Below, piece after piece: positions 24,408-37,839 of a stretch of 64,000 nt of DNA. Below the pieces are notes generated by a model, which saw only the letters and a list, made by a program, of their open reading frames with translations, made no database searches and was not told where the DNA came from. Every line of letters begins with the position of its first letter. Position 1 is the stretch's first letter. The position numbers and the translations under genes were made by a program. Origin of the DNA: Azolla caroliniana (Eukaryota; Plantae; Polypodiophyta); contig JBHGNT010000006.1 of assembly GCA_043228905.1 (NCBI GenBank), positions 15,562,001 through 15,626,000 on the forward strand, in the 5' to 3' direction.

Positions 24408-25515
24408 TGTCGTGAAGATTCGTCACTACGCGCGGATCGTGAGGCGGAACCGCCGGGGTTCTGGACCGGAAGGATTCAAAGTCGGTACAAGCTTTGGCGC
24501 AAGCTTTAGCGAGAAAGTACTTAAGATAGATTGGGAAAGAGAGAAGTTAAGATTAAACGATTGAGAGAGATTGATTGAACTTTTATTTTTGGATTTAAGA
24601 AACAAGTTACACAATCAATTTGATAACGAATTTCTTCCTCTTAATTTCATAACCCAAAAAAAATGAACGTTTTTTCTCCTCCCCCTTCCTTCTTTTATAG
24701 ATTCTCTCATGCATATGATGCATGTGAGGGTACAAGACATGCATAAAATGCATGCTTGCCATTTGGCGCTTATGTATTACATGTGGTGCATGATAACCAT
24801 GTCACTCATTTTAGCTCTCATGTATGAGAATTTACACATAAAAGTACAATGATAGAAATATAAATTCAACTAAATGGCATGGCTTAATGGTAAGCCAATT
24901 GACTCCTAACTTGGAGGTGCAAGGTTCGAATCCTTACTTGCCCTCCTTGTATATGTATATATATTTATATATTTATTTATATAGTCGCTGGACGCCGGTT
25001 CGTCGGATGCCGTCGGTTACCGATGCCTCGCCGGATGCCGTCACCGGATGCCACCGCCTCGCCGGTGCCGGATTGTTGTCGGATGCCGGTGTCTAACTGC
25101 CGCCGGATCACCGGCTCCATCGTTGGTCCGGTTTTGGTTGGCCAAAACCCTTTACGAGTAGCTAGCCCACCTCCACTCTTAGTTCAAGTTACCTTGAACT
25201 CTCTATGCTCCACACATAGACACAAAGATAATATCTTTTGCTCAACCTTATATATGATGAGAGCCGTATTTGTCGTGCTTATGTGGGATATCTCACATTT
25301 TTCTCTTTTCCTTTCACAAACTTTATACCCTCATATCTTGACATTTAGTTGTCCATTTCTCGTGTAATAAAGTGCATTCGAAACCTCCATCATTTTGTAC
25401 TTAGATATTAAATTTATTTAAAATGTTATCTTCACAATTATTGTATTATGTGATTCATACTCGATTTTGTACATTTTATGAGATTTTCACACTATTGCCG
25501 AAAATCTTCACGACA
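24408..25515 (-). mobile_element. 1.1-kb non-coding insertion (solo LTR or TIR element) with 13-bp terminal inverted repeats and 4-bp TSD
   Basis: TGTCGTGAAGATT...AATCTTCACGACA flanked by GCGT on both sides; removing it restores the copia RT text (EH*NAVKW). Confidence 0.85.
24876..24943 (+). promoter_or_regulatory. tRNA-derived Pol III A/B-box module
   Basis: A box TGGCTTAATGG at 24880, B box GGTTCGAATCC at 24923, D-arm and T-arm hairpins, no proper acceptor stem. Confidence 0.7.
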
Positions 25516-28500
25516 GCGTTCTAGTGCTCTCTTCCGGGATTGCTCATGAACCGGCTCACCACTCCAACTGCATATCTGATATCCGGTCGGGTACATACCA
25601 TCGCGTACATCAAGCTCCCGAAGGCAGAGGCATATGTTATCTTCATCATATCCGCCTTCTCTGCCTTTGTCCTTGGGCTCTGCTTTTCGGATAGCTTGTA
25701 GTTTGCCGGAAATGTCGATCCGACCGGTTTTGCATCCGACATGTTGAACCGTTGAAGCACCTTTGTCACATACTTCTCCTGTGACAACCACGAGGGCTTC
25801 TTCGACCGGTCCCGGATGATGTGCATTCCCAATATCTGTCTTGCCGGCCCCAAGTCTTTCATTGAGAAGGTCCGGTTCAGAGCCTTCTTCCGCATCCGTA
25901 TCTTGACTTGTTCTTGTCCAACAATCAACATGTCTTCCACATACATGAGTAGTATCAAGAAATCTTCTCCATCGAATTTCTTCACAAACACGTAGTGATC
26001 AACTTGCGTCTTTGGTACCCTTGATCAGTCATGAAGGAGTCAAACTTCTGGTACCATTGCCAGGGCGCTTGCTTCAGTCCGTATATGCTCTTCTTTAGCC
26101 GGCACACTAGGTGCTCCTTCCCTTTCTTCTCAAATCCTTCCGGTTGATGCATGTAGATCTCCTCTTCGAGGTCACCCTAGAGGAATGTCGTCTTCACGTC
26201 CATTTGCTCTACCTCGAGGTCCATGCTTGCCGATATTGTCAGCACCGTCCGAATGGAAGTCATCTTTACTATCAGGGCAAATATCTCGGTGAAGTCCACT
26301 CCCTTCTTCTGCTGGAACCCCTTCACCACGATCCTGGCTTTGTTTCTCGGGGGGTTTTCGACATCTCCCGGTTTCAACTTATACACCCACTTGTTCTGAA
26401 GTGCCCTCTTCCCTTTCGACAACTCCACCAATTTATATGTGTGATTCTCATGCAAGGAATTCATCTCATCCTGCATGGCACTTAACCACTTGCGGCTGTG
26501 GGTGTCTCTCTTAGCTTCTTTGAAGCTTTCTGGCTCCCCCTCATCGGTTAGCAACACATGCTCTACATCCGGAAATCTCCGGGGGGCTCTTCTCTATCGG
26601 AGAGGATATCTCCGTCCTTGGCTTCTGACTACCGGTTCCTCCGTTTGTTCTTCATCCGAATTCGATTCGGGATCTTGTCCGGTTCCGGTGTCTCCTTCTT
26701 CTTCTTCTTCAGTCGGTTTGGTTTCTTGTCCGAATCTGGCCGGTTCGTCGAGTGTCATCCGGTTTTCAACTGGGTATATCCTTTTGTCCTCAATCTGGTT
26801 TTCAATGGATGATCCAGAGTTCGTTACCTTCTTCTCTAACTCCCAGTCGGCAATGGTCCTATCTACCATGAAGACTATGTCAGGACTCCGGAACACCTTT
26901 CTGTCGACCAGATCCCACACCCGGTAACCGAACTCATCATCGTTGTATCCAAGGAATATGCATGGCCGGGACTTCGGATCCAGCTTTGCTCGCTTATCCT
27001 TTGCCACATGCACATATGCGAGACATCCGAACACCTTTAGATGTCAGTAAGACACATCCTTGCCGGTCCATACTTTCTGTGGTGAGTCTCCGCCCAAGCG
27101 TACTGAGGGTGACTTCTTTATCACCTAGGTTGTCGTCATCAGCGCCTCAGCCCAAAACATCTTGGGTAACTTGGCATGTGCTAGCATGCTCCAGACTCTC
27201 TCCATTATGGTCCGGTTCATCCGTTCAGCCAGCTTGTTCAATTCCGGCGTCCTCGGCACGGTGAATTCGAGCCGAATTTCCTTCGAACAGCAGTACTCCT
27301 CGAACTGCCCCCGGTATTCTCCTCCATTATCTACTTGAATCGCCTTCAGCTTCCGCCCGGTTTCTCTTTCCACTCTTGCGTGGAGCTCCTTGAAGACAGA
27401 TAACATTTGGTCCTTCATCTTCAATGGTGAGACCCACAACTTCCGGCTGTGGTCGTCTATGAACGTCACGAAGTACTACGATCCAGCTTGTGACTTCGTG
27501 TCGACTTGACAGACATCGGTATGCACCAGCTCCAGTGGTGTATTATGTCTCATCGGTGGTCTTGACCGGAAGGAGATGTGGTTTTGCTTGCCGACCAGGC
27601 AATCGGTGCACTTCTCAAGTTGCATGTCCTTCACCAGAATGAGGTTGTCTTTGGCAAGCCTCTTCATCCCCTTCTGACTCATGTGAAATAGTCTTTTGTG
27701 CCACAGCTCACCGGCAGTGTCGGATGCTATGTTCACTTCTTCCTGGCATATCTGAGCATTCATCAAGTACAGTGTGTTGACCTTCCGGGCTCAAACCACT
27801 ATTAAGCTCCTTTTGCAGAACTTCATGACACCATTCCGAATGCTACCTCTATGGCCTTCATCATCTAGTTGACCGGCTGATATCAGGTTCAGTCGAACCT
27901 CTAGAACGTGTCGGACATCCTTCAGGAGCAACTTGCATCCAGTTGATATCATCAATAGTACATCTGCTCGCTGACTGTGTAGGGTGAGAAGCATTTCCGG
28001 TCCAGGGTGAGGTGGAATGATGCTCTGGAATCGACAACCCACGTTGTCTCGTCGCCAGCAAGGTTCAACTCACTCTCCTTGGTGATGATCATTAGTTCTT
28101 CTTCACTTGCCGCGATCGTCGTCGTTCCCATCCGGTCCGGGCCTCGCCGATCCAAACCGTTTCGGTCTGGTGACTTCTTAGAATCGGTACTTTCTGTAAG
28201 TGCCCCGGATTGCCGCAATAGAAGCAAGTGGGCCTCCCCCTTGATTTTGACCGTGTCCCCGACTTTTCCCGGTTCTGGGGGCTCTGATTCCTTTGTCTTC
28301 CGCGTTCTGATTCGGTAAGGAGGGCTTTGGCGTCAGAGATCACCTCCGTTTGTCTTTCCGACGCACCTCCTCATCTAGCAAGCTCGACTTTACTCTGTCA
28401 TGATATGGTAAGACTCGAACCCATGACCTTATGCTACATGGGTCGAGCTCTTGACCATTAGACTATACATTGTAATACGTAGAATATTATTTTCATTTAT

Positions 28501-28910
28501 GTTTTATTATAGAAAATTGATGTATATTCCAAATTTCTCTGGAACATTCTAGTAACTTTAGGAGTACTCCTGAGAACACTACAAAATGAGGCACAAGGCA
28601 TTATTTCGAACCAAATCAGTTCAACGCCAATCTTAAGCCTCTTCACATATCCATTATTTCGAACCAAATCGGTTCAACGCCAATCTACTATTGTATACTC
28701 TCTTCACATAATACATATTTTTTATCATCATTCTCTCACCCTTTCTCTCTCTCTATCCTGGCGAGAAGTTATGAGCATTTTCATCTGCAACCATCTTTTC
28801 CCCACGGTTCCTCAAACGGAAGGTAGATTTTGAAGCCCTAAATCGAGTGAAAGGTACATTCTCTCTCCTTCCCTCTCTGTCTCTCTTTTCCCGTTGGGTT
28901 TGTCCCTACA

Positions 28911-29722
28911 ATGGCAAATACTTGTAAAACTGCCGCAAAGTTCGGGGGTATGATTGATAATGAGCCGAGGTCACCAACAAATCTTGATTCTAATGCAATG
29001 GACAAAATGCTTATGAGTCACTTGATTTCTCTTCAAGAAACCATAAACAAGCAAGGTGAAGAGATTAGGACATTAATGAAAGAGAATACTAAGCTCCAAA
29101 GTGTTGTCATTGAGAATGAAAGTCTTAAACAAGTGGTTGCCTTAACAAGATTGAGTTAAAGGAAGCGTTAAAAGAAGAAAATTTGGACACGATGAGGCGG
29201 GATGTAAGTGAGATGAAAAATGTATGTACAACGAAGTCATGGGCCGATGTATGTGGTGGCGATGTGCTATCAAACTCATCTAATATGCATGTGATGCATC
29301 AAGAGAAGAATATAGAAAGCATAGATGTCCGAGAATTGAAAGAACGTGAACGACAATCAAAGAACATTGTCGTCCGTGGGATTAAAGAAGAGAGTATTGA
29401 AACACCCGCATCCCTTGGAAAGGCCATTGGTGAATTTTTTAGCATGCATTATGGGATGTCAGATGTGAATGTATATGGGGCACACCGAGTTGGGAAACAT
29501 GGTGTTACTCGCTCTGGAGAAAGGCCTATTGTATGCACAATGACAGATGATACAAAGCGGCGGATCATACTCGAAAATAGTTGGGTATACCTCAAAGGTA
29601 CACAATGCTTTGTGAGTGAAGATCGTATTATCTCACAACAAAATGCTCGTCGTAAAGCATATGAAGAAAGATTGAAAAATAAGGTTAAGGATGTGCTTAA
29701 AGATGGAAATGTAGGCAAATAG
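28911..29722 (+). pseudogene. LINE ORF1 (coiled coil plus RRM-like domain), one disruption near 29160
   Basis: KNIVVRGIKEE, AHRVGK, RPIVC and FVSED motifs typical of LINE ORF1 RRM domains. Confidence 0.75.
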
Positions 29723-29728
29723 GGACAC

Positions 29729-32700
29729 GTGATCTATGAGACTAACCCACGCCTTTTACGACTATGCTTTTGGAATTGCAATGGATACCCATGGAATGCG
29801 GGATTTGGCATAGAGGAGTTCACCGATGACTCGGATATCACACTTCTTGTTGAAACATGGGAGCATGATACTCAAAGGATTCAAGGTTTAGGAAACTATA
29901 ATGTACACTCTTTGATATGGAAGAAAAATCCAAGACAAAGAAGAGGACAAGGAGGGGTGGCATGTTTGATTAAGAAGGAAATAGAGAAATATGTGTCAAT
30001 CATAAAAAATGATGAACATAAATGCTACATATGGCTCAAAATAGAAACACCTAATGATTTGCCCACTTTTGTAGTTGGATGTTACATTCCTCATCAAGAT
30101 TCTAACTTTTATGCTTGTTTGGATAAAGATCAACCGTTTGCAAATCTAGAAGATGATATTTCTTATTTCAAATCCAAAGGGGAAGTTATTGTCTTTGGTG
30201 ACATGAATGCTCGTACAAGAAGTTTCCAACTTGATTCACAAGAATCTTTCATGCCACATATCTCAAGGATGCAAGAGGATATGCAAATGTATAACCGCTC
30301 TTCTAGCGATGAAAAAGATCTGGACCAATTTGGGAAGTTACTCCTACAAATGTGCAATAGTATCGTATTGCTTATTGCAAATGGTATTTCCTTATGGCCC
30401 AACACTAATGGTTTTACATGTAGAAAACACAACGGAAATAGTGTGATTGACTATGTGCTACTTTCCGAAGGTATTTTGGATCGTATACATAAATTCTCAC
30501 TTGGTGAATGGACACCAGAATCCGATCATAGGCCTTTATGTATTGATCTCAAATGTATGCATAGGTTTGATTGTGAGAAGGCTATTGAAGATAATAAACA
30601 ACCGCACTTGAGCATCAACCTTAACCGAGCACCCATGTATTCCAAGATGGTTGAGGATATGTTACAAATGACAAAGACACAACATGGTGCCACACTAGAA
30701 TGCAAATGGGAAGCTTTCAAGAAAGTCATTCTCTCATGTACAAACAAATGTTTTTCAACCAACCACACATCTTGGAAATGCACCAAGAAACTTAGGAAAA
30801 AATGGTTTGATAAAGAATGTCGTGAAGCTCGAAAGTGCCTTATGGTTTTGGATGTAGTTAAGGATAAAGAGAATTACCAAAAGCATTTGCATGAGTATAA
30901 AAGGCTTATTCAAAGAAAGAGAAGAATATGGGAAGTTACTCAACAATTTATCCAAACACAAGAGAAAGCACATGCATGTGCTGAATTTTGGGGAAATCTA
31001 AAGGGGAAACGTGTTGAGAGTTATGGTCACTTAACTCTTCACGACTTGTCTATGCATTGTAAGAATTTATATAAGTTATCTCTTGCCGAAAAGATGATGT
31101 GTTATGGTTCTCTTTCACATATGCCTCCCCTCTTTACAATTGAAGATATATGCACAGGACTTAAGAAATTGGCCTCTCGAAAGGCAATCGATCTTCAATG
31201 TATAAAGGCTGAAATGCTCAAATGGACGGGAAAGGAAGCACATATATGGATAAGCGATATGTTTAATGATGCATTGCAATATGGTATGCCTTGTGAGCAT
31301 CTTTGGAGGCGAATGGAAGAACTTGAGGTGCCAAGTGAATATATGCTTGCAATTTCCCGAATTTATGAGAAAGTTATATGTTGTGTGCGCATGAGAGATA
31401 AACTTTCAGATTTTTTCAAAAGCACTATTGGTGTTAAGCAAGGATGCCCACTCTCACCAACACTATTTGGTCTATGCATTGATGAATTGGAAGAAATGGT
31501 TACCAAGTTTGCAAAGGAAGAATGTGTTTAAAAAGTTGCCATTGGGAATGTTGTGATTATGCTTTTGCTATATGCAAATGATGTAGTACTTTTTGCAAAT
31601 ACTTTAGGAGATGCACAAAAGCTTATGAAGGCATTGGAAAATTTTTGCATGCATAGTAAATTAAGTGTCAATAGTTCTAAAACAAAGATTATGCTTGTGA
31701 AGAGCCAAAAAAGAGATAAACCATGCATTATGTACAACAATGAGCCACTTGAATGTGTGGAAAGCTTCAAATATCTTGGCCTTGAAGTTCCTTCAAATCA
31801 TAGATGGAATGAATGTGCTACACGCCGCTTAGAGGCGGGCAAGCGAGCATACTATGCATTTGAGAACACATGCAATCTTGGAGATATTAAGTGTTGGGTC
31901 CTCAAGAAATATCTTTTCGACACTTTGGTGACACCGGTTCTTCTCTATGGGGTGGAAGTATGGGGCGGTAGCATCCCTAAATCTATGTGGAAAGAGTTTG
32001 AAAATGTCCAAAAGCATTTTCTTACCAAGTTTCTACAAGTTAAGAAACAAACGCCCTACACCCTCCTCCTCCTTGAGACGGGATCGCTTCCCATTGAGAT
32101 CATGGCCATGGAAAGGGTTGTTGAATACATGCTTAAGGTTCAAAAATGTCCCTGACATCGACTTCCTAGAATTGCGTGGGAAGCAAGCAAAAAGATCCAA
32201 AAGACGCATAAAAGCAAAATTTTGTGTTCCGGTTGGATGCAAGATATAGAAAAATGGTTTGGTAGATGGGATGCGAGACACTTGCTTCATGATGCATCAT
32301 TAGATTCCTCTGTAAATGAGGCATTTTTGAAATGCCAATGTATCATGACATGGGACAAATGTGGAGGCTCATGCTTCACACATTATACTACACATGTTGC
32401 ACCTAACTACAAAACCATATTCTTTGCGAAACGGGGAAATTGTACACATCCATACATGTTAGAGCCCATACCATTATCTTCCATTCGAACCATTGCTTCC
32501 ATGCGACTTAGCTCACATGTATTGCGATGTGAAACAGAGCGTTGGGGTACAAGTGATAAGAGTGGTCGGCTATGCACACTTTGCCCTAAACAAGTTCGCA
32601 AGTCTGAGTATCACACTTTGATACAATGCTCTGCCTTTGATCATATTCGACCATGCTTTCCACATCTCTTCGATCGAGCCCAATCATTGCATGAATTCCT

Positions 32701-32794
32701 CTCACAACCACAATGTGCACTCTCAATTGCAACATTCATTGGTAAAGTTCTTGAACATCGAGAGTCACTACTCACTTTCACACGTATCATGTGA
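29729..32794 (+). pseudogene. LINE ORF2: AP endonuclease, RT (internal deletion, YADD mutated to YAND), C-terminal CCHC
   Basis: FWNCNG, LVETW, GDMNAR, IDY, SDH; GVKQGCPLSPTLF, FKYLG; RLSSHVLRCE...RLCTLC...EYHTLIQC. Confidence 0.88.
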
Positions 32795-32848
32795 AATGTA
32801 ATTTTTTGGTCTCATAGGTCATATTTGACCTCCAAAGACGATAATATA

Positions 32849-32880
<32 letters not shown>

Positions 32881-33140
32881 CTCGCTCACTCTTTCCTTCT
32901 CTCGAGAGTTCTACATCTCTCTTTGTACTAATCATCATCTTTTAGTACTAATACCTTCTCTGTCTTAGTACTGATCCTGACAGTTTGAACCGATTTTGTA
33001 CATCCTCCTTCTGTCTCCTCCTTTCCTCCTCTTCCTTTTATCTTCTTACATAACCCCTTTTTCCGGTCTTCTTTTCGGTTTCCCACATCTTCTTACCCCT
33101 TTCTTCCTTTCATAGTAATCCTCTTATCCTCCCTAGTAAA

Positions 33141-36100
33141 ATGGAAACTGTTAGCGCTCAGGAATACCAATTTGTTTTCTCGGAGCTCCAGTGCTTAAAG
33201 GAGAAATTTGTAGCACTAGAACAAGAAAATCACCGTTTGTTGGGGGATCTTCAACAAATAGCGCAGGAACAACAATAACAACACGGGGAGCTGATGTTAC
33301 GTGTGCAACAACTCAAAGCAACCATCGTAGCAATGCAACAACAAGGACCTGAAACACAAGGGATTCATAAAGAACCCAAGATCGGCCTTCCCATGAAATT
33401 CAATGGAACGCGATCGCAGTTTAGAGGGTTCCTTAATCAGGTACGACTAGTTATTCAAATGCATCCTTCCTGATATCCCACCGATGCATCACGAGTGGGT
33501 TTAGTAGGTACGTTGTTAAGTGGTTTAGTGTTGGCATGGTTCGCTCCTGTTAGAAAAAGAATCTCCAATACTAAACAATTTTGAAGAATTTATAAGTGAG
33601 TTTAAAGCCTGTTTTGGAGATACTAATAGCATAAGGACAACAATCAACAAAATTCGACGACTAAGTCAAGGCGATCATCCAGCCTCCGCATACGCTACAG
33701 ATTTTCGTCTACTCGCCTCCGATATCTCCTGGGATGATCAAGCGGTAATGGAGCAATTTCGTTATGGTCTACGTAACGATGTCAAAGATTTACTCTTGAC
33801 CTTTCCCGAAGAACCAAAGTCATTAACAGAAGCAATTAGCCGCGCAGTGAGATGCGACAATCGCCTCTTCGAATGGCGTTTGGAACGTCAGTTCTAGATG
33901 CCAAGGGCAAGATCTGAGCCTACCTACGCCTCAATGGTTGCGAAACCTTTTCCGAGGGAGTCATATAATGCGCCTCAAGTAAGTACTCCAACTCTGATGG
34001 AAATTGACACCACATCTCGTTGTGGACCGCTATCAGAAGAAGAAAAGCAACGATGTCGAGCAAACCAACTATGTCTTTATTGTGGTTGACCAGGGCATAT
34101 CGCGGTAAACTGTCCCCATAGGCCAAGAAGGCAGGTAAACCAAATAGTTGCTAGTTCTGATTGTACTAAACCCAAGTCTATTTCAGTAGGGATATCTGAT
34201 AGTCCTAATAGTACTAATAGCCCAAATCTAGCGAACAAATTTGATGTCCTTAGTCAATTAGAAGAAGAGTTAAACGACTAAGTCCAGCCAAAATAGGAGC
34301 CGTTTGGTTGGACAACCCTAGATCGGTGCAGCCCATTAGTGGTTTCATTCCCTCTAAGCAAGTTAGCAATGTGTTCGTAGCCCAAGTAATAGTTAGTACT
34401 AAAAGTGCCCCTCTAGTACATGACTTAGCACTTCTAGATTCCGAAGCTAATTCTTTCTTCATGGATAGGAACTTTGCCCAAGCTCATCAGATATCACTCA
34501 GAAAACTCCCGTGTCTAGCCTCTGTAGTAGTCATTGATGGTTGTCCCATTGCTTCCGGAAATATCATAGAAGAGTCAGAGCCCGTTAATATTGTCCTAGA
34601 TAATCTAGCATGCGTAGTATCATTTAATATATATAATTAACATCCCAGAACACCCCATTGTTTTAGGATTACCATGGTTCGAATTACATAACCCAGACAT
34701 AGATTGGAGAACAAGAGAAATCCGGTATCGAAAAGCCCGAGGGTCTACTCATGAGATTGCAACCATTTCACTACATCAGTTGCGGGAAGAAGGACGCAAG
34801 GAAGAAATGTTTCTCTTCGCAATATCAGTAAAGCCCTCAGACACCATTAAAGGGGAGTCCACCGTTCAACTTCCAAAGAAGTATCATCATTATGCCGATG
34901 TGTTCGATAAAGTACAAGCCAATACGCTTCCTCACCATCGACCGTATGATTGCCCCATCGATTTACAACCGGGGAAAGAGCCACCATGGGGACCAATTTA
35001 CAATTTGTCACCAACTGAGCTAGAAATCCTGCGAGCCTATATAGAGGAGAATTTGGAAAATGGTTTCATTCGGCATTCGAAATCTCCAGCCGGCACAGCC
35101 ATTTTCTTCGTCAAGAAAAAGGATGGATCACTTCGTCTCGTTGTAGATTACCGTGACTTGAATAAGTTTACAATCAGAAATAGGTATGCACTTCCCCTTA
35201 TCTCAAGTCTTTTAGAACGGATCAATGGTGCCAGGTTCTTCATGAAGATCGACTTACGGGGAGCCTATAACCTCGTATGGATCCGACCAGGAGATGAATG
35301 GAAAACCGTGTTTCGCACCAAATATGGGCACTTCGAGTATACGGTCATGCCCTTCGGCCTCACTAATGTGCCAGTAGTCTTCCAGCACATGGCAAATGAT
35401 ATATTCTGAGATCTCTTGGATGTTTGTTTGATCATCTATTTGGATGATCTACTGGTTTATTCAAAGACCCAAGAAGAGCATGATTCTCATGTACTGTTAG
35501 TACTAAAATTACTTCGAGAACATGGTCTTTATGCAAAGCTGGAAAAATGTAGTTTTGGGTGCAACCAGGTAGAATTTCTGGGCTATGTCATTTCCTCGGA
35601 AGGCATCTCCATGGACCTAGCTAAGGTCAAAACTGTGGTAGAGTGGCAGTCTCCACGTTCGGTGCAAGATGTGCAATGCTTTTTAGGCTTTGCCAATTTT
35701 TATCGGAAGTTCATACAGGATTACTCAAAGTTCGTTCTGCCTCTTACACAGCTTACCAGGAAGGGACAATCGTTCATTTGGTCTAAAGAAGCGGACATGG
35801 CTTTCGAGAGTCTTAAAAAGGCATTTACATCAGCTCCAATTCTAGCTCATGTCGATCCGGAAAAACCATTCATTATCGAAGTAGACGCATCGGATTTCGC
35901 ATTGGAGAGCATTCTATCACAACAGGGTAATGATGAGAAGCTACATCCTGTGACTTTTCACTCACGCAAGTTTGACGCCGCTGAAATCAACTACGAAATT
36001 CATGATAAGGAGTTGTTGGCAATAGTGGACTCTTTTACGCAATGGAGGCATTTTCTAGAGCGATCCTCTCATCAAGTCACCATATTCAGTGACCACAAAA

Positions 36101-37839
36101 ACCTTGCCTACTTTGAGGATGCTCGTGTGTTAAATCGACGTCAAGCTCGGTAGGCTCACTTCCTCACGCGTTTCGACTTCAAAATTACATATTGTCCGGG
36201 GAAGCACCAAGGGAAGGCAGATGCATTATCACGGCGTTCGTACCTAGCACCGCGTCCCGGCAAGCCAACTTTTAATAACCAAAAGCAAGTAATCTTGGGA
36301 CTGACACGACTGCAAGCAACATAGGTCTTTGGCATGCCCATGGATTCCCACGTTATCGATACTATACCTGAGGACTTGAAGACCGATGCTTTCGCCCAAG
36401 TCATTCTAGCACAAATTGATCCCTCTCGAGCATCTTGTTCACAGTCACAACCACCAGGTACGGACAATCGGCAATTCAAATACCATGATCGATTACTATT
36501 CTTTGATAAACTGTTGTATGTTCCTAATGGTTCTTGCCGCCTTCGAGTAGTCCAAAACTATCATGACACATATACAGTTGGGCATTTTGGTACTACTAAA
36601 ACATTAGATTTAGTACAACGATCATTTTGGTGGCCCCGTATGCAACAATTTGTCGAAGATTTTGTTCGGACTTGTGATACATGCTGCAGAGCAAAAATGC
36701 CAAGGCATCATCCATATGGTTTATTAGAACCATTACCAATTCCAAGCAAGCCGTGGCAATCCATTGCTCTAGACTTCATCACAGATCTTCCAGTCTCTAA
36801 GGGGTTCAATGTGATTCTAACAGTCGTAGATCGATATACGAAGATGACTCATTTCCTACCATGTACTAAGGAAATATCCAGTGAAGAAACCGCTAAAATT
36901 GTCATGCGTGAAGTATGTCAACATCATGGCCTTCCCGATAGTATCATTAGCGACTGTGGACCCCAGTTCGTATCAAAATTCTGGAAGCACCTTTTTTAAA
37001 TGGTCAAGGTCACTTGTAACCTCTCCTTCGGCTACCACCCACAAACCGATGGCCAAGCAGAACGAACAAATCAAATGCTAGAGCAGTATCTTCGATGCTT
37101 TCTAAGCTATCATCAGGATGACTGGGCAGATATTCTCCACTTCGCCGAATTTGCCTACAATAACTTTGTCCACACATCGACGAAAGTTACGCCATTTTAT
37201 GCTTATATAGGTTCTCACCCCCGGTGGTGTGTATTTGAAACCCCAGAGTTGTCCCCAAATCCTTGCGTAGAGGATCGTTTAGAGCGGTTACGCAAGATAC
37301 AAGCTGATTTATCTACTCATCTCCAACAAGCTCAACAAACACACAAGGTTTACGCGGATCGTCATCTACTTCCATCCAGTTTTAACATTGGAGATCGGGT
37401 ATGACTACTATGACGACACATCAAGACTACTCGCCCATGCGAGAAGTTGGATTATCGGTGATTAGGTCCTTTCCATATTATAGGAAAGATTAATGATGTC
37501 ACTTTTCGTCTCGATCTACCTCCGCAACTTCGTCTCTCCTCAAACCCTATCAAGAGAGCACCATCCCAGTATGTATTACACAACCTCCACCCCTGATCGA
37601 GCTTGAAGATGGACCTGAGTACGAGGTTGCCGCCATCCTTGATTCTAAGATTGTTCGCAACAAATTCTACTATCTAGTCAATTGGCTAGGATATAGTCCC
37701 AACGAGTGTACTTGGGAACTGATAGAGAATGTGACCAATGCTCCTGCTCTCCTTGAAGACTTCCATCGTCAATATCCAAACAAACCGGGTTCTCAATCCA
37801 AAACAACTCGTGACACTCATCGTTTTAAAGGGGGGATAG
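33141..37839 (+). pseudogene. gag and pol of the Tcn1-like element
   Basis: ORF pieces 33898-34089 (LCLYCG), 34308-34640 (LLDSEA protease), 34780-36153 (RT/RH) and 36334-37404 (integrase). Confidence 0.9.

Larger units (their letters stand above)
28758..32880 (+). mobile_element. Two-ORF non-LTR retrotransposon (RTEX-like LINE) with (ATCT)8 tail
   Basis: ORF1 28911-29722 and ORF2 29729-32794, tail 32849-32880; splits the Tcn1 LTR at CTCTATC. Confidence 0.88.

Noticed and set aside
24876-24943. Functional tRNA gene (also 44443-44500 and 53829-53890)
   Set aside because: A/B boxes and T arm are present but there is no 7-bp acceptor stem or canonical anticodon arm; all lie inside LTR-like repeats
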